Shown: positions 51,143 to 61,935 of the stretch, one piece after another
How the letters are laid out: each line of letters opens with the position of its first letter
Numbering within the stretch: the first letter of the stretch is position 1
DNA from: a virus
IMG/VR virus record: IMGVR_UViG_3300029957_000006
Span: 60,455-124,454 of that record
Strand: one strand, 5' to 3'
DNA: 64,000 nucleotides
The notes under the pieces: model-generated
Told to the model about the DNA's origin: nothing
Databases searched by the model: none
The model's input: only the letters and a program-made list of their open reading frames with translations
Program-made: the position numbers and the translations under genes

Positions 51143-53404
51143 TTAATAATTTTTAAGTGTTGATAATCTTTCTGGTGAAATCTCCCCATAAATTGGATGA
51201 TATATTTTATCAAATCTAATATATGGTGTATTTGATTTTTTACCTAATTTTCTGATAATATCAAGCGTTGCATATTTTTTATTGGAGATAATTTCATTAT
51301 AATCGAAACGATCATCATTGGTGTCTCTGAGAATTTTCATTGTACCAATCATTCTTTTAAATGTTCCTTCATCTTCATGAAATTCTTCAGTAAAATTGTT
51401 TTCCCTAACACTGATACTAAATGGATTAGTAAATTTATCGCTATTGAAATACTTACAGATGACAAATACCTCAAAACTACTTGAACGTAATTTATTACCA
51501 CCAGCTGTCTTATTATCGCTTTTTCTAATATTAAAAAATTTAACTGGATAAATGAATTGAAGAGACTCTGAACTTGTATTATATTCATCACTTAAATATG
51601 CAAATAAGGTTTTTTCGTGATTCATCTCGAAATCATTGTAAATTATATATATTTCATCAAGGGTTAATTTCTGGTTATTAAATTTGGAAATATATTCAAA
51701 CCACGAATTGGATAAATTATTTGTGTACAACAAATCACGCATACTAGTTTCAGCTTTATTGACTAGTCTGACAATATTGATGGTAGATTCACCTAAATAA
51801 TCACCCCATCTGTCACATCTACCGATACGTTGTAATGAGCTTTGAGGAGATAACACAGATTCATATAAATTATTAAACGAAACATCTAAACTAGCTTGTA
51901 TAATATGTGTACCAACTACATTTGGTTTTATTATATTACGATCACTTTGTTTACCGTAAAAACGATATAATTGATTCACATTAAAATCTTTATCCAAGTC
52001 TTCAAATTTACTATGAAGAAGTAATCCAGCATCTAATGTACTTTTATGTATTTGGGCAGTACCAATGGAATTTAAGACAATTAAATTATTATCATCAATT
52101 TTGATCAATTTGATCTCAGATTCAGTTTTTAACAAATATTTCTTATTATGAGGTGCTGAATAATGTTTACCAATACTTGGCAAAATTAATGTTTTCTGTA
52201 ATTGAGAATCCCATAAACGATACATGTGAGTTCCAGTTGCTGATAATAATAACGTATTGCTATTGGTAAGAGTATTTCTTGTTTTCATTATATTAATAAA
52301 ACAAGCAAATAAAGCTGTGTCACCAACTAATTCATGATATTCATCAAATACAACATCTGCATTGATAATGGTATATAGACGACTACCATGTCTATTATCC
52401 ACACTAGGTGATAAATAATTATCAATATTTGTAACAATAATGTCTGATGAGAAATCACTTTCGAATAATGGGTTACAAGCTTTAACTTCGCCTCCAGTAT
52501 ATAATTCAACTGATAGATAATCAATACCAAAATTATCTATTTCTTCTAGAATTGATTTGTAAACTGATTCAGCAACTATATTTCTAGGACAAACCCAGAT
52601 TAATTTTCTATTAGTCTTAAAATTCCATAATAATCCAAGAATTGTTTTACCAAATCCAGCTGGTGCATTAATTTGCGTTGTTCTTTCAACATTAAGAACA
52701 ATGTTTTCTTGTTGATTGAAGCGGTCATTACCATAAAATTTGTGTTTAGTAATATCAATATCACAACATCTTATATTGGCGTTTTTAATCATTTCTTCAA
52801 TTTCAATATCGCTTATATCAAGATTATCAATACTAGATGCTAATCTATCAGCAGATATTAAACAAGTTCTGGTTAACAAACGAAAAGAATTTATTTCATC
52901 TGCTTCATCACCTGTTACATAATATTTAGGTGCTTTTTTAGGTTTATATTCCTTTTCATGAACGTGTAATTCACCAACAATACTAATTAAATAATTTAAC
53001 ATTATTTTAGTATCTGATTCAGATATTTTTACATCAGTGTCATTATAACCACATAATTTATTAGAAATTCCATGATGCCAATATACACTATCAAGAATTA
53101 TAGATAATTGTTTTTTTGGTAAATCTAAATATCTGCTTAAAAATGCCCAACCAACTTCATTATGACGATATTTTAATTTTGCTTCTAAATTATTTTCATC
53201 AATATTTATAATACCTAATTTTTTTTGGAATTGAGAAGTGCATTTCCCAATATCATGTAATAATCCTGATAATCTGATAGTTTCAATTAATTCATCATCT
53301 TTAACCAATAAAGATTGATTTGCTATTTCAACAGCAAATCTTGAAACTAAAAGCGAATGATCAACTAAGGTTATTCCATTAGTTTTTGCTAGTATTTGAC
53401 CCAT
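51143..53404 (-). CDS. cas3: Cas3 HD nuclease-helicase (no Cas2 fusion)
   Basis: DHS, LHDIGK, HHG, SAD; APAGFGKT, DEYH, SAT, QRIGRCDR. Confidence 0.93.
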   Translation of the reverse strand: MGQILAKTNGITLVDHSLLVSRFAVEIANQSLLVKDDELIETIRLSGLLHDIGKCTSQFQKKLGIINIDENNLEAKLKYRHNEVGWAFLSRYLDLPKKQLSIILDSVYWHHGISNKLCGYNDTDVKISESDTKIMLNYLISIVGELHVHEKEYKPKKAPKYYVTGDEADEINSFRLLTRTCLISADRLASSIDNLDISDIEIEEMIKNANIRCCDIDITKHKFYGNDRFNQQENIVLNVERTTQINAPAGFGKTILGLLWNFKTNRKLIWVCPRNIVAESVYKSILEEIDNFGIDYLSVELYTGGEVKACNPLFESDFSSDIIVTNIDNYLSPSVDNRHGSRLYTIINADVVFDEYHELVGDTALFACFINIMKTRNTLTNSNTLLLSATGTHMYRLWDSQLQKTLILPSIGKHYSAPHNKKYLLKTESEIKLIKIDDNNLIVLNSIGTAQIHKSTLDAGLLLHSKFEDLDKDFNVNQLYRFYGKQSDRNIIKPNVVGTHIIQASLDVSFNNLYESVLSPQSSLQRIGRCDRWGDYLGESTINIVRLVNKAETSMRDLLYTNNLSNSWFEYISKFNNQKLTLDEIYIIYNDFEMNHEKTLFAYLSDEYNTSSESLQFIYPVKFFNIRKSDNKTAGGNKLRSSSFEVFVICKYFNSDKFTNPFSISVRENNFTEEFHEDEGTFKRMIGTMKILRDTNDDRFDYNEIISNKKYATLDIIRKLGKKSNTPYIRFDKIYHPIYGEISPERLSTLKNY

Positions 53405-53478
53405 ATTGCAAACATACGAATTATTAACAAAATAAACAAGTATTGACTAAAATTGTTTTAATAATTATATTTATACTT

Positions 53479-53820
53479 ATGAAAGACAATAAACACATAA
53501 GTATTGCCATTGATCCAGATATCATTAAACTATTAGATAAAGGTGACTATAATAAATCCAAGCTTATTGATGGATTATTGACTAAGTACTTTAAAAATAA
53601 AAATCGCCAAAAAGCGACTTTTTCTAAAAAGTAACATATTTATTAGTATATAAACAATACTAATATGGGACGAAACAAAAAGTCAAAAGAAGAAAAGAAA
53701 GGTAAATTAAGCATATCCATCTCCACCATCAATTTCCAACAAATGGAACAGGATGGAATTAATAAGTCACGACTAATTAATTGGTTGTTAGAACAGCATT
53801 TTAATGATATTAAAAAGTAA
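53479..53820 (+). CDS. Two tandem 51-aa RHH-like ORFs (53479-53634, 53665-53820)
   Basis: HISIAID...NKSKLIDGLL and KLSISIS...NKSRLINWLL; duplicated at 62764-63112. Confidence 0.6.
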
Positions 53821-54548
53821 TGTTTTATACCGTATATAAAACCACCAATATAATCAATAATAAGATTTATATTGGTCTTCATGAAACTGAAGACCTTGAT
53901 GATTCTTATTTAGGTTCTGGTATCTTATTAAAACAATCCATCAAGAAATACGGTTCTAATAACTTTAAAAAAGAAATTCTATTTGTTTATAATAACAAAA
54001 CAGAAATGATTAATAAAGAGAAAGAACTGGTCTCAGAAGCTTTTATTAACAGACGAGATACATATAATCTATCTAAGGGTGGGTTTGGTATGTCTACGTT
54101 ACCAGAACACGTTAAAATGAAAGCAATTGCTAAAATGAAAAGAACGAAACAATCACAAGACTTAACTATTATATCTGAAAAGAGAATCAAGACCATGTTA
54201 GCCGAAGACCCAGATTGTTTTAGTAAGTTAGCTGCTAAATCAGCTACCAAACAAAAAGATAATTATTTAAAAGGTTATGTTAATCCTAAACAAAGATTAG
54301 ATGATGTTATTATCTATAATCAATATGATGAAGTTATGTACCAATGTCAACGTATTGATTTAACAACGTTATGTACTAAACATGATTTACCTATTCGTGT
54401 TCTTATTAAATCAATACAGAATAAAGGCTTACCATTATATACAACACAAGCTCCTAGAAAAGAAGCTTATGTTAAATATACAGGTTGGTATGCAATTTAC
54501 GGAAACGATTTAACTAAACCTTTTCTTGGTCAAAGAAATAACGTCTAG
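53820..54548 (+). CDS. GIY-YIG (Seg-like) homing endonuclease
   Basis: VYKTTN...YIGLH...YLGSG, YNLSKGG. Confidence 0.8.
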   Translation: MFYTVYKTTNIINNKIYIGLHETEDLDDSYLGSGILLKQSIKKYGSNNFKKEILFVYNNKTEMINKEKELVSEAFINRRDTYNLSKGGFGMSTLPEHVKMKAIAKMKRTKQSQDLTIISEKRIKTMLAEDPDCFSKLAAKSATKQKDNYLKGYVNPKQRLDDVIIYNQYDEVMYQCQRIDLTTLCTKHDLPIRVLIKSIQNKGLPLYTTQAPRKEAYVKYTGWYAIYGNDLTKPFLGQRNNV

Positions 54549-55578
54549 CTATTTCAGACACATATTTAGATACATCTTTTGGTTCTAAACCAGCTTCAAC
54601 TAAGATATCTAAATCTTCTTTAAGCACATCATCCATAACCAACTTAAGATATATACCTAACTTAGCTCTATCAAGTTCACCACCATTCATTAAATCACAT
54701 GATTTTTCAATCATTTGATCAAGTCTCCAATTTGGTGTTACTTTATCAGCAATCTCTCTAGCTTTTGTTATTTTAACATCATCAACTTTACTTAGTGTTT
54801 TTACTTTAGATTTAGCAGCATGAAGTGATCCCTTTACTTTGAATCTATGAACGACTCCATTGAATTCACAAGCCCATACAATACCTTCACCAACACCAGA
54901 AAAACCAAATGCTTTCGCAACAGGACATTCTTCTTCCACTTCAAGCGTTAATTCGCCTAACTTGTTTTGAACCATTTCTGGATAATTGAAATCGATCTCA
55001 ATGCTGAAGGTTTTGTAATCACTGATATTGTAAACCTTATTTGCTGGTGATTTTAAATAAGTATGATCAACCCAGTATGCTACTGGTGGTTTTTCATTTA
55101 CTGCTAATTCTTCACCAACAAAGTGTGGTGTAATCTTAACACCAAAGATGAAAAATGATTTTTCAAGATTGCAAATTCCAACACCTTTTTGAATGTTACC
55201 ACCACACCATTCTCCATAAATAGAAATAGTATTTTGATCCATATCAAGATTGTTTTTAACCATGATTTCAGCCATTAAGGTTGAAAATACACCTTGATTA
55301 GATACAACAAAAAATGCAAATCCAGCATTATCTTGTTCTGGCGTAATAATGTTCTCACGTGATTGAATCCAAAGACCATCAATACGATTGTAACAAATAC
55401 TAGCGTTGGTTCCATGAAGCTTTACACTACCAGTAAAGGTAAGCTTAGGCTTAATCTTATTATGATCATAGATAGCATCACCATTGTCATCTAATCCAAC
55501 AAAATTAAATTGTCGGTTGATATTGGTAACAACATTTCTGAATTGTTCGATACTTGGGAAGCTAATGTGCTTTTTCAT
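54514..55578 (-). CDS. RNA ligase 2 family protein
   Basis: VKLHGTN, YGEWCG, GEGIVW, FKVKG. Confidence 0.75.
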   Translation of the reverse strand: MKKHISFPSIEQFRNVVTNINRQFNFVGLDDNGDAIYDHNKIKPKLTFTGSVKLHGTNASICYNRIDGLWIQSRENIITPEQDNAGFAFFVVSNQGVFSTLMAEIMVKNNLDMDQNTISIYGEWCGGNIQKGVGICNLEKSFFIFGVKITPHFVGEELAVNEKPPVAYWVDHTYLKSPANKVYNISDYKTFSIEIDFNYPEMVQNKLGELTLEVEEECPVAKAFGFSGVGEGIVWACEFNGVVHRFKVKGSLHAAKSKVKTLSKVDDVKITKAREIADKVTPNWRLDQMIEKSCDLMNGGELDRAKLGIYLKLVMDDVLKEDLDILVEAGLEPKDVSKYVSEIARRYFFDQEKV

Positions 55579-56243
55579 TGTAATATTTATTAAATGTTTT
55601 TTTGAATATTGGTTGATATTCTTTTAATTGTTCTTTCACTGGTTTCAAATCTTTATCATTAATGAATCAATCAAATAGGCATGCAATTCATCCATATGAA
55701 CAGCTTTATTATAACCCATTTTTTTAAAACAAATAAACGCCTTTTTTCTTAGTGTTAAAGGTATTGATTTGAGTAATTTAATCATGGCATCATGATAGTC
55801 TTTATTTGTGCTATAAAAACCATGTGCCATTTCATGTTTTATAGTTGCCGTATCACCTTTTTTAACTCCAATCAAATAAAATGGTTTTAATGAAATACCA
55901 TTTATTCTCTTGACAATATTAAACATTTCGTGATCATAAATGTTTAAACAAATTGTATCTGAATCGTATGATAATATTTCGTATATTACATCACTTGGAA
56001 TATTGAAACCTCTCCAATCTTCAGCATATGTAAATTTGTTTTTATTTTTTCTAGAATAAAAACGAATATAATCAAACATATTAAATACCTTACCCTTAAT
56101 TCCAGTAAATGGTGATTCATAAAATTCTTGATAACGGCAAAATAACATTGCTAAATCAAATGAATCATCACATTCTACTAACCAAATACTAGGAGCAACT
56201 TCTTTTAATGTATACTTGATCTTATCGTATATTCTAACCATAG

Positions 56244-56702
56244 TTAAAAATTAAGGGTAATCGCTGGTGTTAAATAATTCGCACCATCCCAATTGGAAAA
56301 TGTTACACCATACCCAAGTTTTCCTTGTGATAGAGAAGCACCAAAACCATATTCAATAAAATTGTGTCTAGTATTACAAAATTCACCATAACCAAAAATC
56401 AAGCTACCTGTTACAGGTCCAATTGGAAAATAAATACTTGTTTTACATTCAAAATAATAATTTTGAATAACATCACCTGTTTTCCAAATACCAAGCAAAT
56501 TACCACGGCCAATTACAAGACCATAAGCTAAGTTTTTAGGTATGATACCTAGTTCAATAGAAGGGTATGATGAGAATTTAAAATTATTTGAATTTGTCAC
56601 CGAAATGCCAATAGAGGCATAAGGATGTAAATTACATGAATCTGTTTGTGCGTTAACTACAAAGGTTAAGCAAATCAAGGCAAGTGTAAAAAATTTTTTC
56701 AT
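56244..56702 (-). CDS. Secreted / outer-membrane beta-barrel-like protein
   Basis: Signal peptide, amphipathic strands, terminal Phe. Confidence 0.45.
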   Translation of the reverse strand: MKKFFTLALICLTFVVNAQTDSCNLHPYASIGISVTNSNNFKFSSYPSIELGIIPKNLAYGLVIGRGNLLGIWKTGDVIQNYYFECKTSIYFPIGPVTGSLIFGYGEFCNTRHNFIEYGFGASLSQGKLGYGVTFSNWDGANYLTPAITLNF

Positions 56703-56741
56703 TTTTATTTTTTAGTTTGTATTAATAGATTAATTCAGGTA

Positions 56742-58175
56742 TTACGCAGTTGTTAATGATTTAACCATGTTCTCAATCGATTTGATTGATTCAAGACTAT
56801 CACAAGTATCTTTATCGTCACGCAAAGACACAAAAGCTGGGTACATCAATGAATATTCACCACTTGAATTGCTTGAAAGACCATTGCATTTAACTTGAAC
56901 CACCTTGCCAAGCCAAGTAGCTTGATTATCCGTAATCTCTTGCATTTTAGCTTCAGTAATACCCTGTGGACGAGTCTTTACCAATCCATCAGAAGATTCA
57001 CAGCTTAAACTAGAAATCACATGTTCGTTTTTTGAACCCTTTGTTCCAAAGTTAAATCCTACAATTCGTAAATCCACATCCATTTCAAGTTTCATCTTGA
57101 TTTGCCATGTTGGTTTACCATCTTTCCATTCTCCATCCATTGATTTGAGAATGGTTCCTTCTTGAGGTACACCATCAACTTCAGTTGCAAGAACTTCTTG
57201 AAAGTGTTCCATTGCCTCAGCATAAGAACCAACCACTTTAGATTCAATTAATCGAACCATAGTTGCTCTTGAATTGCTGATAAGCTCCTTAGCATTATCT
57301 AAACGAATGTAATAAGGAGTTTTTGATTCTTTATCAAAGTATTCATCAACAGTAATAGTATCCCATACCGTATAACGAATTTTATTTAATGCTTCTTCAA
57401 AGTTTCCGTGTTTTTTCTCAAAAACTTCAAGTTTCTTAGCATGTTCTTTTTCTGTACGTTCAGCTTTCTTACCACAGATATCAATGATTGACGCAATCAT
57501 TCCGTTACTTTCATAACGAGGTACACCATCCATTGTCAATTCACCGTTCAATACACAATCATCAAACTTAGCAAGCTCAGCTAAAAATTTAGCACCAGCA
57601 ACAGCTGTCGTTTCACCACTACGACTTTCCAATTCAACATCACCATTACGAATAATAGCATTGCAGTATCGGCCATCCATCTTAATTTGGGAAACACCTT
57701 TTTTACCACCTTTAAAAACTTCACGTGCTTTCTTTTCATCAAATGAAATAGCACCCATATATGGAGTATCTTCAATCAAGTCTGGAGTCTTTTTATCAAC
57801 CTTATAAACCTTGTTGATAAAAGTAGTTCCCATACCAATCTTAGGGTCCTTGTCAATGATACGTTCAATGATATATGCATCATCTTCATTTAACGATGTA
57901 AGTATTGATTTCAAATAACCAGTTGCTTCACTACCTGTTACTTTTCGACTAGATAATGCATCTAATCCAATGATTGCCATATCTAATGAATGACCACCAT
58001 TTGGCGTATATTCTGGTAATTGTTTAATGTAAAATTTTACACGTTTAGACTTACACAAATAAAGCACACGCTTCAAAAGCTTATTATCCTTATGCTTAGC
58101 TAGAACAGCCATCTTATCTTTATCGCCAGATACAGCGTTAATCTCATCGAAAATATTTTTAATGCTCATCATCAA
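56742..58175 (-). CDS. ATP-dependent DNA ligase
   Basis: KMDGRY, LNGEL, EGTILK, KMK, OB-fold ending P.F..LRDDK. Confidence 0.9.
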   Translation of the reverse strand: MMMSIKNIFDEINAVSGDKDKMAVLAKHKDNKLLKRVLYLCKSKRVKFYIKQLPEYTPNGGHSLDMAIIGLDALSSRKVTGSEATGYLKSILTSLNEDDAYIIERIIDKDPKIGMGTTFINKVYKVDKKTPDLIEDTPYMGAISFDEKKAREVFKGGKKGVSQIKMDGRYCNAIIRNGDVELESRSGETTAVAGAKFLAELAKFDDCVLNGELTMDGVPRYESNGMIASIIDICGKKAERTEKEHAKKLEVFEKKHGNFEEALNKIRYTVWDTITVDEYFDKESKTPYYIRLDNAKELISNSRATMVRLIESKVVGSYAEAMEHFQEVLATEVDGVPQEGTILKSMDGEWKDGKPTWQIKMKLEMDVDLRIVGFNFGTKGSKNEHVISSLSCESSDGLVKTRPQGITEAKMQEITDNQATWLGKVVQVKCNGLSSNSSGEYSLMYPAFVSLRDDKDTCDSLESIKSIENMVKSLTTA

Positions 58176-58206
58176 GTATTTAGTTTATTATTGCAAAGGT
58201 AAGTAT

Positions 58207-59472
58207 TTATTCTGACATCTCCAAATCTTTTAATCCAAGATAAACCTTCTCAAAACCAGAGGTTGATTTATTCAGATCAAAATTATTTGTGATAAAGTCA
58301 ATTACTTCTTTAGGGTCAATTGAATCATTGAAGACGATATTAGGCCCATGATTATCCAACATAACACAATACAGGTTGCCAAATTTGCCTAAACCATTAG
58401 CCGTATTTTCACCACATTGGTGAGAACCACATTCGTATTCTCTTTGTGAAACGATTGGAATGTTATTGACATTGCCTTCTTTTAATGGACAATGGAAGTG
58501 AACAATTGAATTGCAATCATTATAACGATTGAAAATTATTCGTTGTGATTGTCCACCAACTGATGGTTTTGAACCATAAGCAATTACATTGTCATCACCA
58601 TCAGTTTCAACCAATACCATTCCATTTTTATCAATGTTATTGAAATTGGTTTTACGAATTGAAGTCAGAAATTTATTTGATTCAAGCTTAACTGCAAAGT
58701 GACCCGTAGTTGCTCCATTGAATTCTTTATAAGCGTTATGTTCAACACACCAGTTAATTACTGTTCGTAACGTTGCTGGGATTCGTTCATCACTCCATGA
58801 AACTGGATTACCTTTTACCACCGTTGATCGTGTAAAGGTCAAATGAGTACGATAATAAGTGATATCAACCAATTCGACTAAACACTCATCTCGTGTCATG
58901 TCTTTACCATAAACACCTTCTTCTGGTGTGATGATAAAATTACTTCTTGTTACAACATCATTTGCCAATACAATATTCGCTGAACTCTTCTTCAAGAGAT
59001 TTAATCCATCGCTGAATTGTTCTTGTTTTGTTGCATTGGATGTAGTTTTGAAACCAACCAAGAAGATATCTTTTCTGTTAGCTCGTATCTTATTAATGAT
59101 CTTGGCTGCTGGTGAAATATAAATGAAAGCATCACCTTCAAGTGTCTTTAATCTCTCAGCATACTTGCCAGATTCAATTCCATTGATCTTACCATCGAAA
59201 TCACATAATGCAACATTAAAGAAAATAGCTTTAACAGTGTTATCATTGATAAGCTTATCAACCAAATTAGATACATCTTCGTTGGTGACGATTTTAGATG
59301 TTGAATCAGCCATCTTTGTCAGAATCAATTCAACATCCATATTGGTGAACTTTTCTTTACATTTTTCATATAAAGATTTTGCTGTTTCACCAAATGCTGG
59401 TGTTGCTAGGGCCAAATGTGTTCTAAGATGTGAAAATGTTCCACCACCTAGTATTACAATTTTCTTATTCAT
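58207..59472 (-). CDS. CoaB-like domain fused to class II aldolase-like domain
   Basis: GGGT, VALCDF, LVGFKT, VLAND; then KPS..., VHFH, NHG. Confidence 0.6.
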   Translation of the reverse strand: MNKKIVILGGGTFSHLRTHLALATPAFGETAKSLYEKCKEKFTNMDVELILTKMADSTSKIVTNEDVSNLVDKLINDNTVKAIFFNVALCDFDGKINGIESGKYAERLKTLEGDAFIYISPAAKIINKIRANRKDIFLVGFKTTSNATKQEQFSDGLNLLKKSSANIVLANDVVTRSNFIITPEEGVYGKDMTRDECLVELVDITYYRTHLTFTRSTVVKGNPVSWSDERIPATLRTVINWCVEHNAYKEFNGATTGHFAVKLESNKFLTSIRKTNFNNIDKNGMVLVETDGDDNVIAYGSKPSVGGQSQRIIFNRYNDCNSIVHFHCPLKEGNVNNIPIVSQREYECGSHQCGENTANGLGKFGNLYCVMLDNHGPNIVFNDSIDPKEVIDFITNNFDLNKSTSGFEKVYLGLKDLEMSE

Positions 59473-59480
59473 AAGTGAAT

Positions 59481-60104
59481 TTATTTTAATGTCTCTAAAT
59501 GTTTTTCATTTAGTGCTAAATACAATTGAATTTGATTAGTCATGATAAATTTAATGTTCTCATAGACACCTTCTTGATGTGGGAAATTACGTCTTGCCAA
59601 TTTAAGCATTGGAATTGTAAATTCTTTTGTTTCTTGAATGTAAGACATTCTTTTTTCTGGCTTAAAGCCATTCAGCATGGACATAAGATTATGAACTCGA
59701 TCAAATCCCTTACAGACACTTGTGATTTCACACTCAGCCATTGCTGGATAGTATTGTTCATTAGGGACTTTAACACCTTGATAAACCTTAGTCATCAATC
59801 TAACTGCATTGGTTACCCTTTCACCAAAACGTTGATTGATTTCTTCAAATGATATTCCTTTATCTTCACATATATCATGAAGAAAGATTACAATGAAAAC
59901 TTCTTCTTTAAAATTGAAATGATGAACGAGTGTTCTAGCTAAATTTGCTTGAGAAACTTGATGGGAAAATTCATGCTGACCATCTTTACGAGTTCCATTA
60001 TGAAACTTTTCAGCAAAAGCCATAGCTTCAGCTGCTTTGTAATATCCTCTACCCATTAACCAATAGCGTAAAGCTATCTTCATTTTTTCGTAGTCTTCTT
60101 TCAT
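59481..60104 (-). CDS. RelA/SpoT-type HD hydrolase (small alarmone hydrolase-like)
   Basis: H..TRKDG..EFSH, LHDICED, DRVHNL. Confidence 0.7.
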   Translation of the reverse strand: MKEDYEKMKIALRYWLMGRGYYKAAEAMAFAEKFHNGTRKDGQHEFSHQVSQANLARTLVHHFNFKEEVFIVIFLHDICEDKGISFEEINQRFGERVTNAVRLMTKVYQGVKVPNEQYYPAMAECEITSVCKGFDRVHNLMSMLNGFKPEKRMSYIQETKEFTIPMLKLARRNFPHQEGVYENIKFIMTNQIQLYLALNEKHLETLK

Positions 60105-60506
60105 GATACAAAGGTAGTAAAACTATTTGGTTAATCCAAATAAATTATAATGTAGGTATTTCTTGAGTTGTGTTCCAAACTGCTTTGCCAATCAACAAAG
60201 AAGCATCTTGGCCTTCATAATAACCATCTGATTCTCGAAGAACATAAATTGGTTCACCGATTTCAGCTGCAACTGCTTTCAATGCTTCACCATGCTTGGT
60301 TAAATCCAAATCACCCCACCAAACCTTTCCTTCTTTTAGTGTTATAACATTAGCATTAAAAACACAAACACTCTTCGGATTAGCATCTCTATACATTGTT
60401 TTTGATATGGATATCATATTACCCATATATAGTGATTGATTCTTAAATGATTCTTTTATATTCATACTTTATATTGAGATTTCAATCTTTATTAATACAA
60501 AATTAA

Positions 60507-61058
60507 TTATTTGATGAACTTAATTAATTCAGCTTTCTTTGCATCATATTCAGCCTGTGTAATCAATCCTAAATCAAGTTTATCTTTCCATTTTTTAAGT
60601 TCAGCAAGTGCTTCATCACTTGTCATTCCAAATGATTTAATCTCACCATTTTCAATTGCTATTTCAAATTTTGAAGAATAATTACCTGTTAGAGCACCAT
60701 AATATCCTTTACTTCTAACAGATACATAAAACCCACTTTTTTTAGTACCAACAACATCAAATCGTTTAATTATTGTTTTATCACCACTAGCTGAAGCAAA
60801 TAATGGTGTTATTGGTGTAATCAAACCATCACCCTGAGTAATATATGCAAATGTTTTATTTGATGAGGGAACACCAATTGTTAATGTATCGCCAATTTTA
60901 TAAATTGAACCATCTTTTGCTTGGTAGACTGTGAATTCTGTTGTTGTTTTTGGTCGAATACTCCCTTGAAGATCGGAATATTTTAATGTGTCTTGTCCAA
61001 AAACTGTCAACGTAAAACACATTATAAGTGCTATTATAATAAATCTAATATTTTTCAT
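60507..61058 (-). CDS. Secreted protein with C-terminal SHOCT domain
   Basis: Signal peptide; LKKWKDKLDLGLITQAEYDAKKAEL. Confidence 0.7.
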   Translation of the reverse strand: MKNIRFIIIALIMCFTLTVFGQDTLKYSDLQGSIRPKTTTEFTVYQAKDGSIYKIGDTLTIGVPSSNKTFAYITQGDGLITPITPLFASASGDKTIIKRFDVVGTKKSGFYVSVRSKGYYGALTGNYSSKFEIAIENGEIKSFGMTSDEALAELKKWKDKLDLGLITQAEYDAKKAELIKFIK

Positions 61059-61116
61059 TATTTGTTTTATTTTGTGATTACTCTTTAAAGGATTTTCATC
61101 TCAACCCCTATATTTA

Positions 61117-61743
61117 TTAAAAATTAAATCCAGCCAATAAAACAACCCCTTTTGGATTAAAATCATAACCTAATCCAAATGAAAAGTGACTTTTTTCAGC
61201 TAAAACACCAAAAGTGAAATTTGCTTTTGTTTCAGATGTTGATGATGAACCATTATTCACCCAATAATATCCTAAAACATTATAACCAGAGCTGACATCT
61301 TCTGCTTCTAAAAACTTATCTGTTGTAGATGATCTTTTTGTTACACCAACACCAATATATGGTCTTACAAAAAAATTATTTTTATGATATACCGCATAAC
61401 CCATACCAAAATCAATTCTAAATATATTATTTGTTGTATAAAAAGCTGATTTACCAGTGGCAACATTACCCCAAGTTCCTATTTGATAAACTCCACTATT
61501 ATCATAAGCAACAATGCTTCCATCTCCAGAATATGAAGTACCACCTTTTATTGTTGTAAAAAAAGATAGTTCTTTAGCATGAATAAACACACCACCACCA
61601 GCTGGTAATGATGGTAAATTTCCAGTATATAAAATTGAACAAATTGGAGAGTGCTCTTTTTGAATATCAGTGCTTGTTTGTCCAAAAATCATGATGGACA
61701 TACATGTCATCATTACAATCATAATAGTTTTAAAATTTTTCAT
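61117..61743 (-). CDS. Outer-membrane beta-barrel-like protein
   Basis: Signal peptide, RPYIGVG, terminal GFNF. Confidence 0.55.
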   Translation of the reverse strand: MKNFKTIMIVMMTCMSIMIFGQTSTDIQKEHSPICSILYTGNLPSLPAGGGVFIHAKELSFFTTIKGGTSYSGDGSIVAYDNSGVYQIGTWGNVATGKSAFYTTNNIFRIDFGMGYAVYHKNNFFVRPYIGVGVTKRSSTTDKFLEAEDVSSGYNVLGYYWVNNGSSSTSETKANFTFGVLAEKSHFSFGLGYDFNPKGVVLLAGFNF

Positions 61744-61935
61744 TTTATTTTTAGTTAAATATCCCTACTCTTATTACCATTTTCGGGTTACTGGTATTAT
61801 TTTAATACAAAGGTATGATTATTATTTGAAATTACCAAATTTAATTATAGTTTTACTTAAAACAAAAAGAGTCTCCATTACAAAGACTCAATCTGTTATC
61901 AGCAAAGGGACTGAATGTGGTTAAGGTCTGTTAAA

